Source of the DNA: a virus
Taxonomy: Duplodnaviria > Caudoviricetes
Direction: 5' to 3' (one strand)
IMG/VR virus record: IMGVR_UViG_3300031227_000246
Span: 1 to 32,066 of that record
DNA: 32,066 nt
Of this stretch, positions 15,415 to 24,486 are shown in pieces. The position numbers and the translations under genes were made by a program. How positions within the stretch are numbered: the first letter of the stretch is position 1; each line of letters begins with the position of its first letter. Below the pieces are notes generated by a model. The model was not told the DNA's origin. It searched no databases and saw nothing but the letters and a program-made list of their open reading frames with translations.

Positions 15415-15444
15415 CAGGCCCAATAGCCTGGAAAGGTAGGGGGG

Positions 15445-15645
15445 ATGATTCAGCTTGAAATCTATTGCCCGGAGTGCGACGGGACAAATCTCAAGAGCGA
15501 GTGTTTGACATCAGTAAGGAGGCAGCGCATGTCGATGAGTGAGTATGTCAGTTATGGCTGCTCGGTTTCGACAGTAGATCCCAGGCGTGAAATATGGCAG
15601 ATTAAGTGCCGGGATTGCGGTTATAGCCTAGAATACTACAAATGA
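15445..15645 (+). CDS. Zinc-ribbon protein
   Basis: CPECDG...KCRDCGY; flanked by 20-bp direct repeats. Confidence 0.7.
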   Translation: MIQLEIYCPECDGTNLKSECLTSVRRQRMSMSEYVSYGCSVSTVDPRREIWQIKCRDCGYSLEYYK

Positions 15646-15692
15646 ACTAGCAGGCCCAACAGCCTGACAACCGAATAACCAGTGCGTCGAGT

Positions 15693-15746
15693 ACGCCCGT
15701 TTTTGTGCGCCATTTTGAGCGCCCGAGAACGGGCGTTTTGTGTTTT
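15693..15746 (+). terminator. Terminator/attenuator-like hairpin ahead of the capsid gene
   Basis: ACGCCCGTTTTT/GAGAACGGGCGT stem with an inner GCGC/GCGC stem, followed by TTTGTGTTTT. Confidence 0.6.
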
Positions 15747-15758
15747 CTGGAGGGTTGA

Positions 15759-18050
15759 ATGAGCGATGAACGGAACATAATCGAATGCGAGGCGGGCAAG
15801 TCGGTCAACCTTGACGAACTGCCAGAGCGGGTGCGCGGTGCGTGGAACACACAACATTCCCGACCTGTCGATATGCCATCGACAGGAGAGGGGTACGTGC
15901 GCGAGGTATTTGACGACAAAGTTGTCGTTAGTATGGATGACAACGAGTTGTATTCCTATCCCTACACCGAGGATGAGGAAGGCAACATCACATTTGGCGA
16001 GCCTACCAGGGTTGAAATCGAGTACACGCCCGCTAAAGGCAACGCGCTAAAGGCCCTACGCCGCACCGACGACGAACTGGTGGTCGGCAACTACATCGTG
16101 CTATTCGGCGGGCGTGACCTGGAGGGCACTCTGAGCAACAAAGTCAATGCCGACGGGTCCAAGGGTGAGTTTTTCACCAACGCGACTGAGTTTGACAGCG
16201 CCTACACCAAATCGGGCGCGCTGTATGTGGACTGGTCACACGGGCAAGACCCGGACCAGTTCGAGAAGGACGAATCAGCCAGGGCGCCAGGTCGTGACGA
16301 TGTGCTGGGCGTGGTGGACTGGAAAACGGCACAGGTAGACGACAAGGGTGTCTGGGTCGAGCGCATCCTGTCCCGGCGCAACGCCTACATGCAATATCTG
16401 GAATCGCTGATTGATGACGGGCTGGTCGGCAACAGCTCGGAGGCCGTGAATACAGAGGTAGAAATCAAGGCCAATGGCGAAATTGCCAGGTGGCCACTGA
16501 AACGGGACGCGCTGACGGTCACACCGATGGAACCCAGGATGCTAACCGAGAACCACCTGGCGGCCATCAAGGCGCTATCGGCAGAGTTCCCAACCGTGAA
16601 ATCGTTGGCAGAAACAGCGGCCAGCCTAGAGGTGCAACCACAGGATGTCGGGGAGGCATCGGTCAGCACGACGGCGGCAACCGTGAACGTCAACATCAAC
16701 ATACCTGGCGGCGCTACGGCAGAAGTTCAAGCCGATGAGACCGCCAACGACATGCCTACTGAAAAGGCAACAACAATGGAGGACAACATGAGTGAGAATG
16801 AGAATGTCCAAGGCGAGGTTCTTGAAACCTCCGCCGTGGACGTGAACGCCATCGTGGCAGCGGCTGTCGATCAGGCATCGAAGGCTGCCGTTGACGCGAC
16901 TAATGCGATTTGGAAAGACAGGCTGGACAACGAGCCGCCCACCAACAAGGCCGGCATACTGACCGGTGTCAGCGATGAGGCAGATCGCGCCCGGGCTGGC
17001 AACCCGTTCAAGTCAACCGGTGACTTTTTGCAGTCCGTGGCGCGGGCCGAGATTCAGCCCAACGCCATCGACAAGCGACTGCTGCCACTCCAGACCAAGG
17101 CGCCGTCCGGCTTGAACGAGGGCGTACCCTCGGCTGGCGGGTTCCTGGTGCAGTCGGACCATGCGGAAGGGCTGCTCAAGCGCACCTATGACACCGGCGA
17201 GCTGTTGCAGCGCGTCAAACGGTATCAGATCAGCGCCAACGCCAACCGCATGACGGTCAATGCCGAGGATGAGACCTCCCGCGCTGACGGTTCCCGGCGT
17301 GGCGGCATCCGCAGCTACTGGACCGGTGAGGCTGCGGAGAAAACCAGTTCCCAGCCTAAGTTTCGCCAGATGGAGCTCTCGCTCCATAAGCTGACTTCGC
17401 TGTGCTATGCGACCGATGAACAGCTACAGGATGCGACGGCGCTCCAGAGTTGGATCATGGATGCCTACCCCGAAGAGACCGTGTTCAAGCTGGAAGACGC
17501 CATCATCAATGGCACCGGCGGCGGGATGCCCCTGGGCTTGCTTTCCGCTGGCGCTCTGGTTTCAGTCGCCAAAGAGCCGGGTCAGTCAGCCACCACGCTG
17601 GTAGCTGAGAACGTGATCAACATGTGGTCGCGGATGTGGGGGCGTTCGCGCAAGAACGCGGTGTGGCTCTACAACCAGGACGTTGAACCGCAGCTCTACC
17701 AGATGGAGCTGCCTGTCGGCACCGGTGGTCAGTTGGTGTTTATGCCCTCCGGCGGTCTCTCTGACAGCCCGTACAACGTGCTTTTCAACAGGCCGATGAT
17801 TCCGACCGAGTACAACGCCACGTTGGGCGCGCTGGGAGACATCATGCTGGTCGATCTGGACCAGGTACTCGCCATCGAAAAAGGCGGCGTCGAAGCGGCC
17901 TCCAGCATCCACGTTCGTTTCGTCTACGACGAGACCTGCTTCCGGTTCGTGTACCGCTACGACGCGCAACCCTCGTGGGGAAGCGCACTGACTCCGTTCA
18001 AGGGCACCAACACACTGAGCCCCTACGTCGCCCTTGCGGCCCGGTCATAG
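15759..18050 (+). CDS. Prohead protease-major capsid protein fusion (HK97 fold); probable internal MCP start at 16788
   Basis: Protease-like DLEG..EFF, DWSHG, GLVGNSS and LTVTPMEPR. MCP motifs GGFLV, YWTGEAAEK and EDAIINGTGGGMPLGLL. Internal GGAGG-5nt-ATG. Confidence 0.93.
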   Translation: MSDERNIIECEAGKSVNLDELPERVRGAWNTQHSRPVDMPSTGEGYVREVFDDKVVVSMDDNELYSYPYTEDEEGNITFGEPTRVEIEYTPAKGNALKALRRTDDELVVGNYIVLFGGRDLEGTLSNKVNADGSKGEFFTNATEFDSAYTKSGALYVDWSHGQDPDQFEKDESARAPGRDDVLGVVDWKTAQVDDKGVWVERILSRRNAYMQYLESLIDDGLVGNSSEAVNTEVEIKANGEIARWPLKRDALTVTPMEPRMLTENHLAAIKALSAEFPTVKSLAETAASLEVQPQDVGEASVSTTAATVNVNINIPGGATAEVQADETANDMPTEKATTMEDNMSENENVQGEVLETSAVDVNAIVAAAVDQASKAAVDATNAIWKDRLDNEPPTNKAGILTGVSDEADRARAGNPFKSTGDFLQSVARAEIQPNAIDKRLLPLQTKAPSGLNEGVPSAGGFLVQSDHAEGLLKRTYDTGELLQRVKRYQISANANRMTVNAEDETSRADGSRRGGIRSYWTGEAAEKTSSQPKFRQMELSLHKLTSLCYATDEQLQDATALQSWIMDAYPEETVFKLEDAIINGTGGGMPLGLLSAGALVSVAKEPGQSATTLVAENVINMWSRMWGRSRKNAVWLYNQDVEPQLYQMELPVGTGGQLVFMPSGGLSDSPYNVLFNRPMIPTEYNATLGALGDIMLVDLDQVLAIEKGGVEAASSIHVRFVYDETCFRFVYRYDAQPSWGSALTPFKGTNTLSPYVALAARS

Positions 18051-18064
18051 GAGGAAATAACACT

Positions 18065-18571
18065 ATGAATATCTGCGAAAATGGTAACATCGTTTCCATG
18101 CTGTACCCGTCTGACCTTCAAACGGCGGTCGCTGACGACTACATCAGTATGGAGAATTACAACCACCTGACCATCGTCTTTTTCAAAGGCGTGACCACGG
18201 CGGCAGATGACCCTACCCTGACGTTGGTGCAGGCCAAAACGGCAGCGGGTGGCAGCGTCAAAGACCTGTTGATCGTAGACAAATACTACAAAAAGCAGGG
18301 GACGCTACTCTCGACCAACTCAGACGGCGGGCAGTTCACCCTGACGACCCAGACGGCATCCAACACCATCGTCGGTGACGCCGACTCAGCAGAGGAGCAG
18401 GCGTTGTGGGTCATCGAAATCGAGGCGTCTGAACTGGACTGTGACGGCGGGTTCTACTTTGTCCAGGCGTCCATTGGCGACACTGGCAGTAATGCTCACT
18501 ATGGCTGCATCCTGGGCATTCTCACCGAGCCGCGCTACGGGCAGGAATCCACGCCCTCACCGCTGGCCTAG
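18065..18571 (+). CDS. Putative head decoration/structural protein
   Basis: Strong AGGAGG SD immediately after the MCP stop; beta-rich 168 aa. Confidence 0.7.
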   Translation: MNICENGNIVSMLYPSDLQTAVADDYISMENYNHLTIVFFKGVTTAADDPTLTLVQAKTAAGGSVKDLLIVDKYYKKQGTLLSTNSDGGQFTLTTQTASNTIVGDADSAEEQALWVIEIEASELDCDGGFYFVQASIGDTGSNAHYGCILGILTEPRYGQESTPSPLA

Positions 18572-18659
18572 CATCTATGCGGGGTGGGGGCTGATCCGCC
18601 CCTGCCCCGCCAATAGCGCAACAAGGGTTCAAATCCCGAAAAGCGCAAGGAGAAAACCA

Positions 18660-19619
18660 ATGAGCATCATAGGAAAAGCACGCTCGGCCCTGTTCAGTCG
18701 GGGTCAACCGGGTGGGCCGGTCGTCATCGACATGGCGAATGTCCACCCCGGCAACGTCTGGTTTGTGGACAGCGGGCAGACTACAACCGGCGGGGATACG
18801 GTCGGGCATGGTAGAAGCCCTGATGCGCCCTGCATCACCCTGGACTACGCCATCGGCTTGGCGACGGCCTCCAACGGGGATGTGATTTATGTCATGCCCG
18901 GCCACAACGAGGCGTTGACAGCTGGCACGTCCTGTGTCATTGACAAAATCGGCCTGTCCATCATCGGTCTAGGCCGGGGCATGAACCGCCCGATCTTCGA
19001 CTATGACGCCACGGGGGGCACCATCGAGCTAGACGCAGCCAGTTGCTGGCTGTCCAACGTCGTGCTGCGAGCCAGCATTGACGACATCGTAGTCGCCATC
19101 AATGTGGACGCGGATGACTGCGAAATCGATAACTGCTATTTCACCTTCGAGGCCACCGGTGATGAGTTCATCACCTGCATCGATCTGGATGCCTTTGACC
19201 GCTGTAACATCCACGACTGCAACTTTAGCACCGAGGAAGGTGCGGATGCGGCAACCGCGGCTATTCGGCTGGATGACGCCAACGACTGCACCATCAAAGA
19301 CAACACATTCCGTGGCACCTGGACCAGCTCGACCATCGTTAACGAGGGCGCGCTGTGTGCGCGGCTGCTGATCAAAGACAACATCATCTACAACTCGGAC
19401 ACGTCGGTCTATAACGGCATCGACTTTGGGGCCCTGTCCAGTACCGGCATCGTGGCGGGCAACACCGTCACTACGATGTACGGGCAGGCGGGTGGGCTGG
19501 CGAAGTTGATTCGCACGGGTGACATGACCTGGCACCGCAACACGTTCGCCAACACCGTGAGTGAGTTGGGTGTGGGCGCACTGGGTACAACGCTGGTGCC
19601 GGCGGTATCAAGCACCTAG
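18660..19619 (+). CDS. Right-handed beta-helix (pectin-lyase-like) virion protein
   Basis: WFVDS...GRSPDAPCITLDYAI...GDVIYVMPGH then Asn/Cys ladders (CEIDNCYF, CNIHDCNF, CTIKDNTF, LIKDNII). AAGGAG SD at the ATG 18660. Confidence 0.8.
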   Translation: MSIIGKARSALFSRGQPGGPVVIDMANVHPGNVWFVDSGQTTTGGDTVGHGRSPDAPCITLDYAIGLATASNGDVIYVMPGHNEALTAGTSCVIDKIGLSIIGLGRGMNRPIFDYDATGGTIELDAASCWLSNVVLRASIDDIVVAINVDADDCEIDNCYFTFEATGDEFITCIDLDAFDRCNIHDCNFSTEEGADAATAAIRLDDANDCTIKDNTFRGTWTSSTIVNEGALCARLLIKDNIIYNSDTSVYNGIDFGALSSTGIVAGNTVTTMYGQAGGLAKLIRTGDMTWHRNTFANTVSELGVGALGTTLVPAVSST

Positions 19620-19634
19620 CAGAAAGGCGGCGGG

Positions 19635-20384
19635 ATGAAACTCGCACTTGTGACACCCTGGTCCAGTCCGTTCATCTGGACCAAGTTCACCCAGAACCTG
19701 GCGGGAATGCTGACGAACTTTCAGCGACCCGGTTGGGAAATAGAGTTTTTCATGGGGCGCGGGGTAGACCCGGCAGCCCGGCATGTAGATATGTGCCTTC
19801 AGGGGCTCGAGTGCGGAGCGGATCTGATTTGCATCATCGGTGCAGATCAGATCCACCCGCTCGACATGCTAGACCGGCTACTGGACCGTTGGGAGGAATA
19901 CGATGGCGTATGGTCCGCGCTGGTCCCATTCCGGGGCTATGTGTCCTGGCAGCACATGAGGCCATTCCAGCCAATGGGCTGGCGGTTGGTGTGCGATGGG
20001 GTAGAGGAAATCGGCAGCCTGCAGGACAGGCCCGACCAATGGGAACCTGTCAACCCGGCTGATGGCGACGTGCAGCGGGTAGACGTGATCGGATCCGGTG
20101 TGCTGCTGTTTCACCGTGACCACCTGTTGGCACTCAAGAAACCGTGGTGGTACTACGTGGTAGACCCTGAAACAATGCAGCGGGTAGCCGACATGGACAC
20201 CAAAATGGTCTGGCGGTTGCGGGCAGAAGCAGGTGCGCAGGTGTGGGTAGACACAACCATTAAGGTCAAACACCTGCACACGTTCGAGATAGATGAATCA
20301 TTCCAACACCGTTTCGATGACTGGATGGAGCCGGGTGCGACGGGCGATGAAACGTGCAGGCACCAATTACAGGAGGCACCATGA
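19635..20384 (+). CDS. Glycosyltransferase, GT-A/GT2-like
   Basis: ICIIGADQ (DxD position), VDVIGSGVLLFHRDHL, KKPWW and AGAQVWVDTTIKVKH are typical of phage GT2-like proteins. Confidence 0.75.
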   Translation: MKLALVTPWSSPFIWTKFTQNLAGMLTNFQRPGWEIEFFMGRGVDPAARHVDMCLQGLECGADLICIIGADQIHPLDMLDRLLDRWEEYDGVWSALVPFRGYVSWQHMRPFQPMGWRLVCDGVEEIGSLQDRPDQWEPVNPADGDVQRVDVIGSGVLLFHRDHLLALKKPWWYYVVDPETMQRVADMDTKMVWRLRAEAGAQVWVDTTIKVKHLHTFEIDESFQHRFDDWMEPGATGDETCRHQLQEAP

Positions 20385-20527
20385 AACGAACCACAATCAC
20401 AAGACGCGGGGGAGGTCGGGGGCTGCGACGGGCGGCGGGACTGCCCTGTCCGGCAGGCGGGCCAATTCGACGCAATCGGCGGCTGAACGCGGGCCAGTTT
20501 TCAGTACGGCGCGGATTGCGCCGATAG
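20381..20527 (+). CDS. Small Arg/Gly-rich basic protein (48 aa, not in the ORF track)
   Basis: AGGAGG SD and ATGA overlap. MKRTTITRRGGGRGLRRAAGLPCPAGGPIRRNRRLNAGQFSVRRGLRR. Confidence 0.6.
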   Translation: MKRTTITRRGGGRGLRRAAGLPCPAGGPIRRNRRLNAGQFSVRRGLRR

Positions 20528-20539
20528 GGAGCGACAACC

Positions 20540-20995
20540 ATGACAAGACGAAACTACGGCGGGCAACTGTTCGCCATGCAGAGGATAGCGAGCGTGGTCA
20601 GTTCAACCCCGCTCACCAGCGGGACGCTATTCACCTATACCGGCACGGTGCGAATCGACGCCATTGTAGGCCGGGTGACAACGGAGGTCCAAGCACAGGC
20701 GACGACCGTCAAGCTGAGTGTTACGGCTGACTCATTGGCCAGCTATGACATTTGCGCCACGGTGGACGCAAACGCCTTTGACATTGGCTCTATCCTGAGC
20801 ATCACCGGGACGGCTGCCAACGCGATGGCTGGCACTGATGCCCAAGGCGCAATGGCGCCAGGTCAAGCCAACCCGGTGTTTATGACCTGTGTCACCAGTG
20901 GCGTCGTGACGGTGACATTTGGCGCAGCCTCATTGGGTGCGATTGACTGGGAAATCCTATGGACGCCAATGTCTGAGGATGCAACTCTGGTTTAG
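20540..20995 (+). CDS. Putative virion structural protein (paralog of 24486-24968)
   Basis: Beta-rich. TLFTYTGTVRIDAIVG and GAIDWEILWTPMSEDATLV match the paralog. Confidence 0.75.
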   Translation: MTRRNYGGQLFAMQRIASVVSSTPLTSGTLFTYTGTVRIDAIVGRVTTEVQAQATTVKLSVTADSLASYDICATVDANAFDIGSILSITGTAANAMAGTDAQGAMAPGQANPVFMTCVTSGVVTVTFGAASLGAIDWEILWTPMSEDATLV

Positions 20996-21025
20996 TGTGC
21001 CCGAGTGGCACAGAAAGGCGATGGC

Positions 21026-22645
21026 ATGAAAACCGTAATCGTGCTCGGTATGCACCGTTCAGGTACAAGCCTGGTAGCCTCGATGCTTCAGCGCATGGGC
21101 GTAGACATGGGTGTCGAAATGGTCAATAGCAGCCCATCCAATCCGCAAGGACACTGGGAAGATATGGATTTCGTGAGGATGAACAACGAAATCCTGGCCG
21201 GGGCCGGGGGCACCTGGGACAACCCGCCGGTTGAGGTAGACGCCAATGTGCTACGCCCCGAACTGGTCTACCTGGTGAACGCCAAGAATCACCCGGAGGC
21301 CGTAGGGGGCGAACCGCGAGAAGACGACCTATGGGGATTCAAAGACCCGCGCACCTGCTTGACCGCTGGCTGCTATCATGGTTGGCTGGAGAAGCCGCAT
21401 TACATCATCGTGGACCGGGACAAGGACGCGGTGGTCGCCAGCCTGGAATGGCGCGAGGGCAAGGCGGGGGACAGGTGGTCTGAGTTGTACGACTTGTACG
21501 CCACGGCGCGGAAAGAGTTTGTTGACCAGGTGAACGCACCGAAGTTTTGGCTTCGATACGAAGACCTGGTGCGGGAGCCATTTGGCAACGCACTGGCACT
21601 AGCCGACTTCCTGGGCCTGGACTCCGACGCTGCCACTGCCGCCGCATCAGCCGTCAAGCCGCGCAGCATGGACATACCAGACACCTACATCGTGAACCTG
21701 TCCAGCCAAAAGGTGGACGCTCCGGACACCAAGACACGCATCGTCAACGCTGGCGACTGGCCACAGGGCTGGAAAACAGTTCATGGCCCGGTGCATGGGG
21801 TGATAGTGGATGATACCAGCGATCCTGATGAGGTGCAAGGCTGGATACCAAAGGTGAGGCCGGGTGGGTTTGTGCATGGTAGGCGCAGCCTAGAGGACTT
21901 GCACGACTGGCGCGAATCGACATGGCGCATCACCGACGTGTGGCGAACATTCACCCGCAAGCCATATCTAAAACGCGGCGACTCATTCGGCACCATCGGC
22001 ATCGGTGTACCGTATTTCAAAGCCAGCTACCAGTTCTGGCGCTGGTGGTCGTGGATGCTACTGAAAGGACTGGAACCGGGGGACCAATTCCTGAACGACG
22101 AATCGGTCATCGCACCGCTGCCCATCCCGGTGGTTCACAACCGGCTGATAGCCAAATTCCTTGAGACCGATCGCGACACGCTTTGCCTGGTAGAAGATGA
22201 CCACGTTGGCGATCCACAGGTCATCCGGCAGATGCGAGAGAAGCCGGAGAACCGGGACTTTGACATCATTTGCGCCAACTATGTCAACCGGCGAATGGTG
22301 CCAGCAGTGACAGGCTATGGCATCGGGGGGCGCAACTATGCCGGCGAGGTCATGTGCAAGCTCGATTTTAACAACGTGCAGCGCACCGGGACGCAAGAGG
22401 TAGACGGCGCAGCCATGGGCCTGGTCCTGATTCGCCGCTGGGTGTTGGACGCCATGCTCGATAGCGGCAATCCTGAGACCTGTTTCTGGTGCCAGTGGCA
22501 CGGCACCAACAGCCAGGACATCCAGTTTTACGACTGGGCCAGGCGGGTAGGGGCGCGGGTAGGAGTGGATCGGGACGCCAACATTGGACACATGGCGCAA
22601 ACGATACGAACGGTGGACGATTTCTGGAAAATGCGCGGGGCGTAG
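21026..22645 (+). CDS. Sulfotransferase-glycosyltransferase fusion protein
   Basis: N-terminal PAPS-binding GMHRSGTS, WGFKDPR and LRYEDLV. C-terminal GT2-like LCLVEDD, VDGAAMGLVLIRRWVL, SQDIQFY and GARVGVDRDANIGH. The middle PKVRPGGFV resembles a methyltransferase remnant. Confidence 0.85.
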   Translation: MKTVIVLGMHRSGTSLVASMLQRMGVDMGVEMVNSSPSNPQGHWEDMDFVRMNNEILAGAGGTWDNPPVEVDANVLRPELVYLVNAKNHPEAVGGEPREDDLWGFKDPRTCLTAGCYHGWLEKPHYIIVDRDKDAVVASLEWREGKAGDRWSELYDLYATARKEFVDQVNAPKFWLRYEDLVREPFGNALALADFLGLDSDAATAAASAVKPRSMDIPDTYIVNLSSQKVDAPDTKTRIVNAGDWPQGWKTVHGPVHGVIVDDTSDPDEVQGWIPKVRPGGFVHGRRSLEDLHDWRESTWRITDVWRTFTRKPYLKRGDSFGTIGIGVPYFKASYQFWRWWSWMLLKGLEPGDQFLNDESVIAPLPIPVVHNRLIAKFLETDRDTLCLVEDDHVGDPQVIRQMREKPENRDFDIICANYVNRRMVPAVTGYGIGGRNYAGEVMCKLDFNNVQRTGTQEVDGAAMGLVLIRRWVLDAMLDSGNPETCFWCQWHGTNSQDIQFYDWARRVGARVGVDRDANIGHMAQTIRTVDDFWKMRGA

Positions 22646-22672
22646 AGACACGACCGCGACAAGGGGGAAACT

Positions 22673-23401
22673 GTGTCAACACTGACCAAGACAGTCAACA
22701 ACGCTCTCGTGTTTTACGACAGCGTGTATGCACACCGCTGGTACGACGCCATCGGGCCCAGCGTGGCAAAGTACGATCAGCAGTTCTTGACCCTGCCATC
22801 CGACGACAGCACCGGTGACGCAACAGAATGGGAGCTGACCATCACCGAGGCGGGGGCAGACACCACACACGTTGTCACCGACGCCGCTGGCGGGGCCCTG
22901 CTCATCACTTGCGCGGGCAACGAGGACGACGGCATTTCCATGCAGCTCGGGGCCGCCGCTGGTGAAAACGTGTATCTGAACGGCAACTACCCGCTGTACA
23001 TGCGGCTGAAATTCGCCATCAATGACGTAGACCAGACCGACATCCTGTTCGGCGTCTGTGTCACGGACACGGACTGTCTGGGCGCTGTCACCGACGGGTT
23101 GTATTTCCGGTCGGTGGACGAATCGGCTGTACTCAGTTGCGTAGCCGAGAAAAACAGCGTCGAAAGCGTTCTGGGCGCGCAGACAATGGTAGACGGCACG
23201 ACCTACACCGCCGAGGTTCTGTACGACGGGGCCACGGCCTATGCCTACATCGACGGCAGCCTGTTGGGGTCCATCGCCTACGCATCGCCCACTTTTCCCA
23301 ACGATGAGCTGATGCGCCTGACTCTGGAGTTCCTGAGCGGTGAGGCCGTCGCCAACACGCTGACCGTGTACGAGATGGCTATGGTTCACCTGAGGGGGTA
23401 G
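22673..23401 (+). CDS. Putative virion protein, beta-sandwich/lectin-like (tandem paralog 1)
   Basis: Highly similar to 23405-24136 (MSTLTK.VNNALV.YDS...HRWYDA.GP.V.KY). Confidence 0.8.
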   Translation: MSTLTKTVNNALVFYDSVYAHRWYDAIGPSVAKYDQQFLTLPSDDSTGDATEWELTITEAGADTTHVVTDAAGGALLITCAGNEDDGISMQLGAAAGENVYLNGNYPLYMRLKFAINDVDQTDILFGVCVTDTDCLGAVTDGLYFRSVDESAVLSCVAEKNSVESVLGAQTMVDGTTYTAEVLYDGATAYAYIDGSLLGSIAYASPTFPNDELMRLTLEFLSGEAVANTLTVYEMAMVHLRG

Positions 23402-23404
23402 GCG

Positions 23405-24136
23405 ATGTCAACACTGACCAAGATCGTGAATAATGCGCTGGTCTACTATGACAGCACCCACACCCATCGTTGGTACGATGCGTTCGGGCCGGGGGTGACG
23501 AAATACCTGCAACAGTTTCTCACCATCGACAGCGACAACACGACCGGCGATCCAACCGAGTGGGAAGTCACCGTCGTAGAAGCCGGGGCGCTCGTTTCGA
23601 CGGCGGTTGTCACCGACGTTGCCGGCGGGGCGCTGCTCATCACCACGGCAGGCGATGAGAATGACGGCTGGTCCATGCAGTTGGGGGCGGCGGCTGGCGA
23701 GAGCGTGTACCTGGATGGCGATTATCAGACCTACCTATGCGCTACGTTTCAGGTATCTGATGCTACCGACTCGGACATTCTAATCGGTCTGACTGTCACC
23801 GACACCACCGCACTGGGCGGCGTGACCGATGGCGCGTATTTCCGTAGCGTGGACGGGTCCACCGACCTGTGCTTTGTCACGGAGAACACCAACTCGGAGG
23901 GCACAACCACCGTCGCCACACTGGTAGCCGCTACCGACGTGACAGTTGAATTTCTGTTCAACGGGACGCAGGTCACGCCATACGCTGACGGTGTAGCCTA
24001 TGCTGCCACGGCCTCGAGCGCAACGACATTCCCGTTTGACCAGGAACTGAGGCTGACCGTTGAGTTCCTGAACGGCGCGGCAGGGGCTGAAACCTGCACG
24101 CTCAAGGAATTGAAACTGATCCATCTACGAGGATAG
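23405..24136 (+). CDS. Putative virion protein, beta-sandwich/lectin-like (tandem paralog 2)
   Basis: Shares GGALLIT..G.E.DG.SMQLGAAAGE, YFRSVD and the C-terminal HLRG with paralog 1. Confidence 0.8.
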   Translation: MSTLTKIVNNALVYYDSTHTHRWYDAFGPGVTKYLQQFLTIDSDNTTGDPTEWEVTVVEAGALVSTAVVTDVAGGALLITTAGDENDGWSMQLGAAAGESVYLDGDYQTYLCATFQVSDATDSDILIGLTVTDTTALGGVTDGAYFRSVDGSTDLCFVTENTNSEGTTTVATLVAATDVTVEFLFNGTQVTPYADGVAYAATASSATTFPFDQELRLTVEFLNGAAGAETCTLKELKLIHLRG

Positions 24137-24144
24137 GAGGCGCA

Positions 24145-24486
24145 ATGAGCGCGAGTTCTTACACGGCAGAAGGTACCGGCTCGGGGGCTATCGCCACGAG
24201 CTTGACCGTGCCAGTGGGCCAGACCTACAAGCTGTTGCATGTGACGTTGAATCTGAACGTGGCCGCCACAACCAGTGAGTATTTTACCATCACGTGGAAC
24301 AAAGAGGCCGGGTTGGCCTATGACGTGCGGCTTTATACCAACGACCTGGCGACCACGGGCACGACCGATCTGGTGTGGTATCCAGAAAAAGAGACCAAGC
24401 TAAAGGGTGGCGACGCTGTTGATGTGGCCTGGTTCAACACCGAGAGCCGGACCTATGGCGTAGAAATCACAGCGGAGAGAGCCTAA
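24145..24486 (+). CDS. Putative small virion protein
   Basis: AGGAGG SD; Thr-rich beta protein. Confidence 0.75.
   Translation: MSASSYTAEGTGSGAIATSLTVPVGQTYKLLHVTLNLNVAATTSEYFTITWNKEAGLAYDVRLYTNDLATTGTTDLVWYPEKETKLKGGDAVDVAWFNTESRTYGVEITAERA

Noticed and set aside
22673-24136. Tandem paralogs as a DGR template/variable repeat pair or invertible cassette
   Set aside because: Both are intact ORFs diverged at all base types, with no adenine-specific pattern evident. No reverse transcriptase or invertase nearby.
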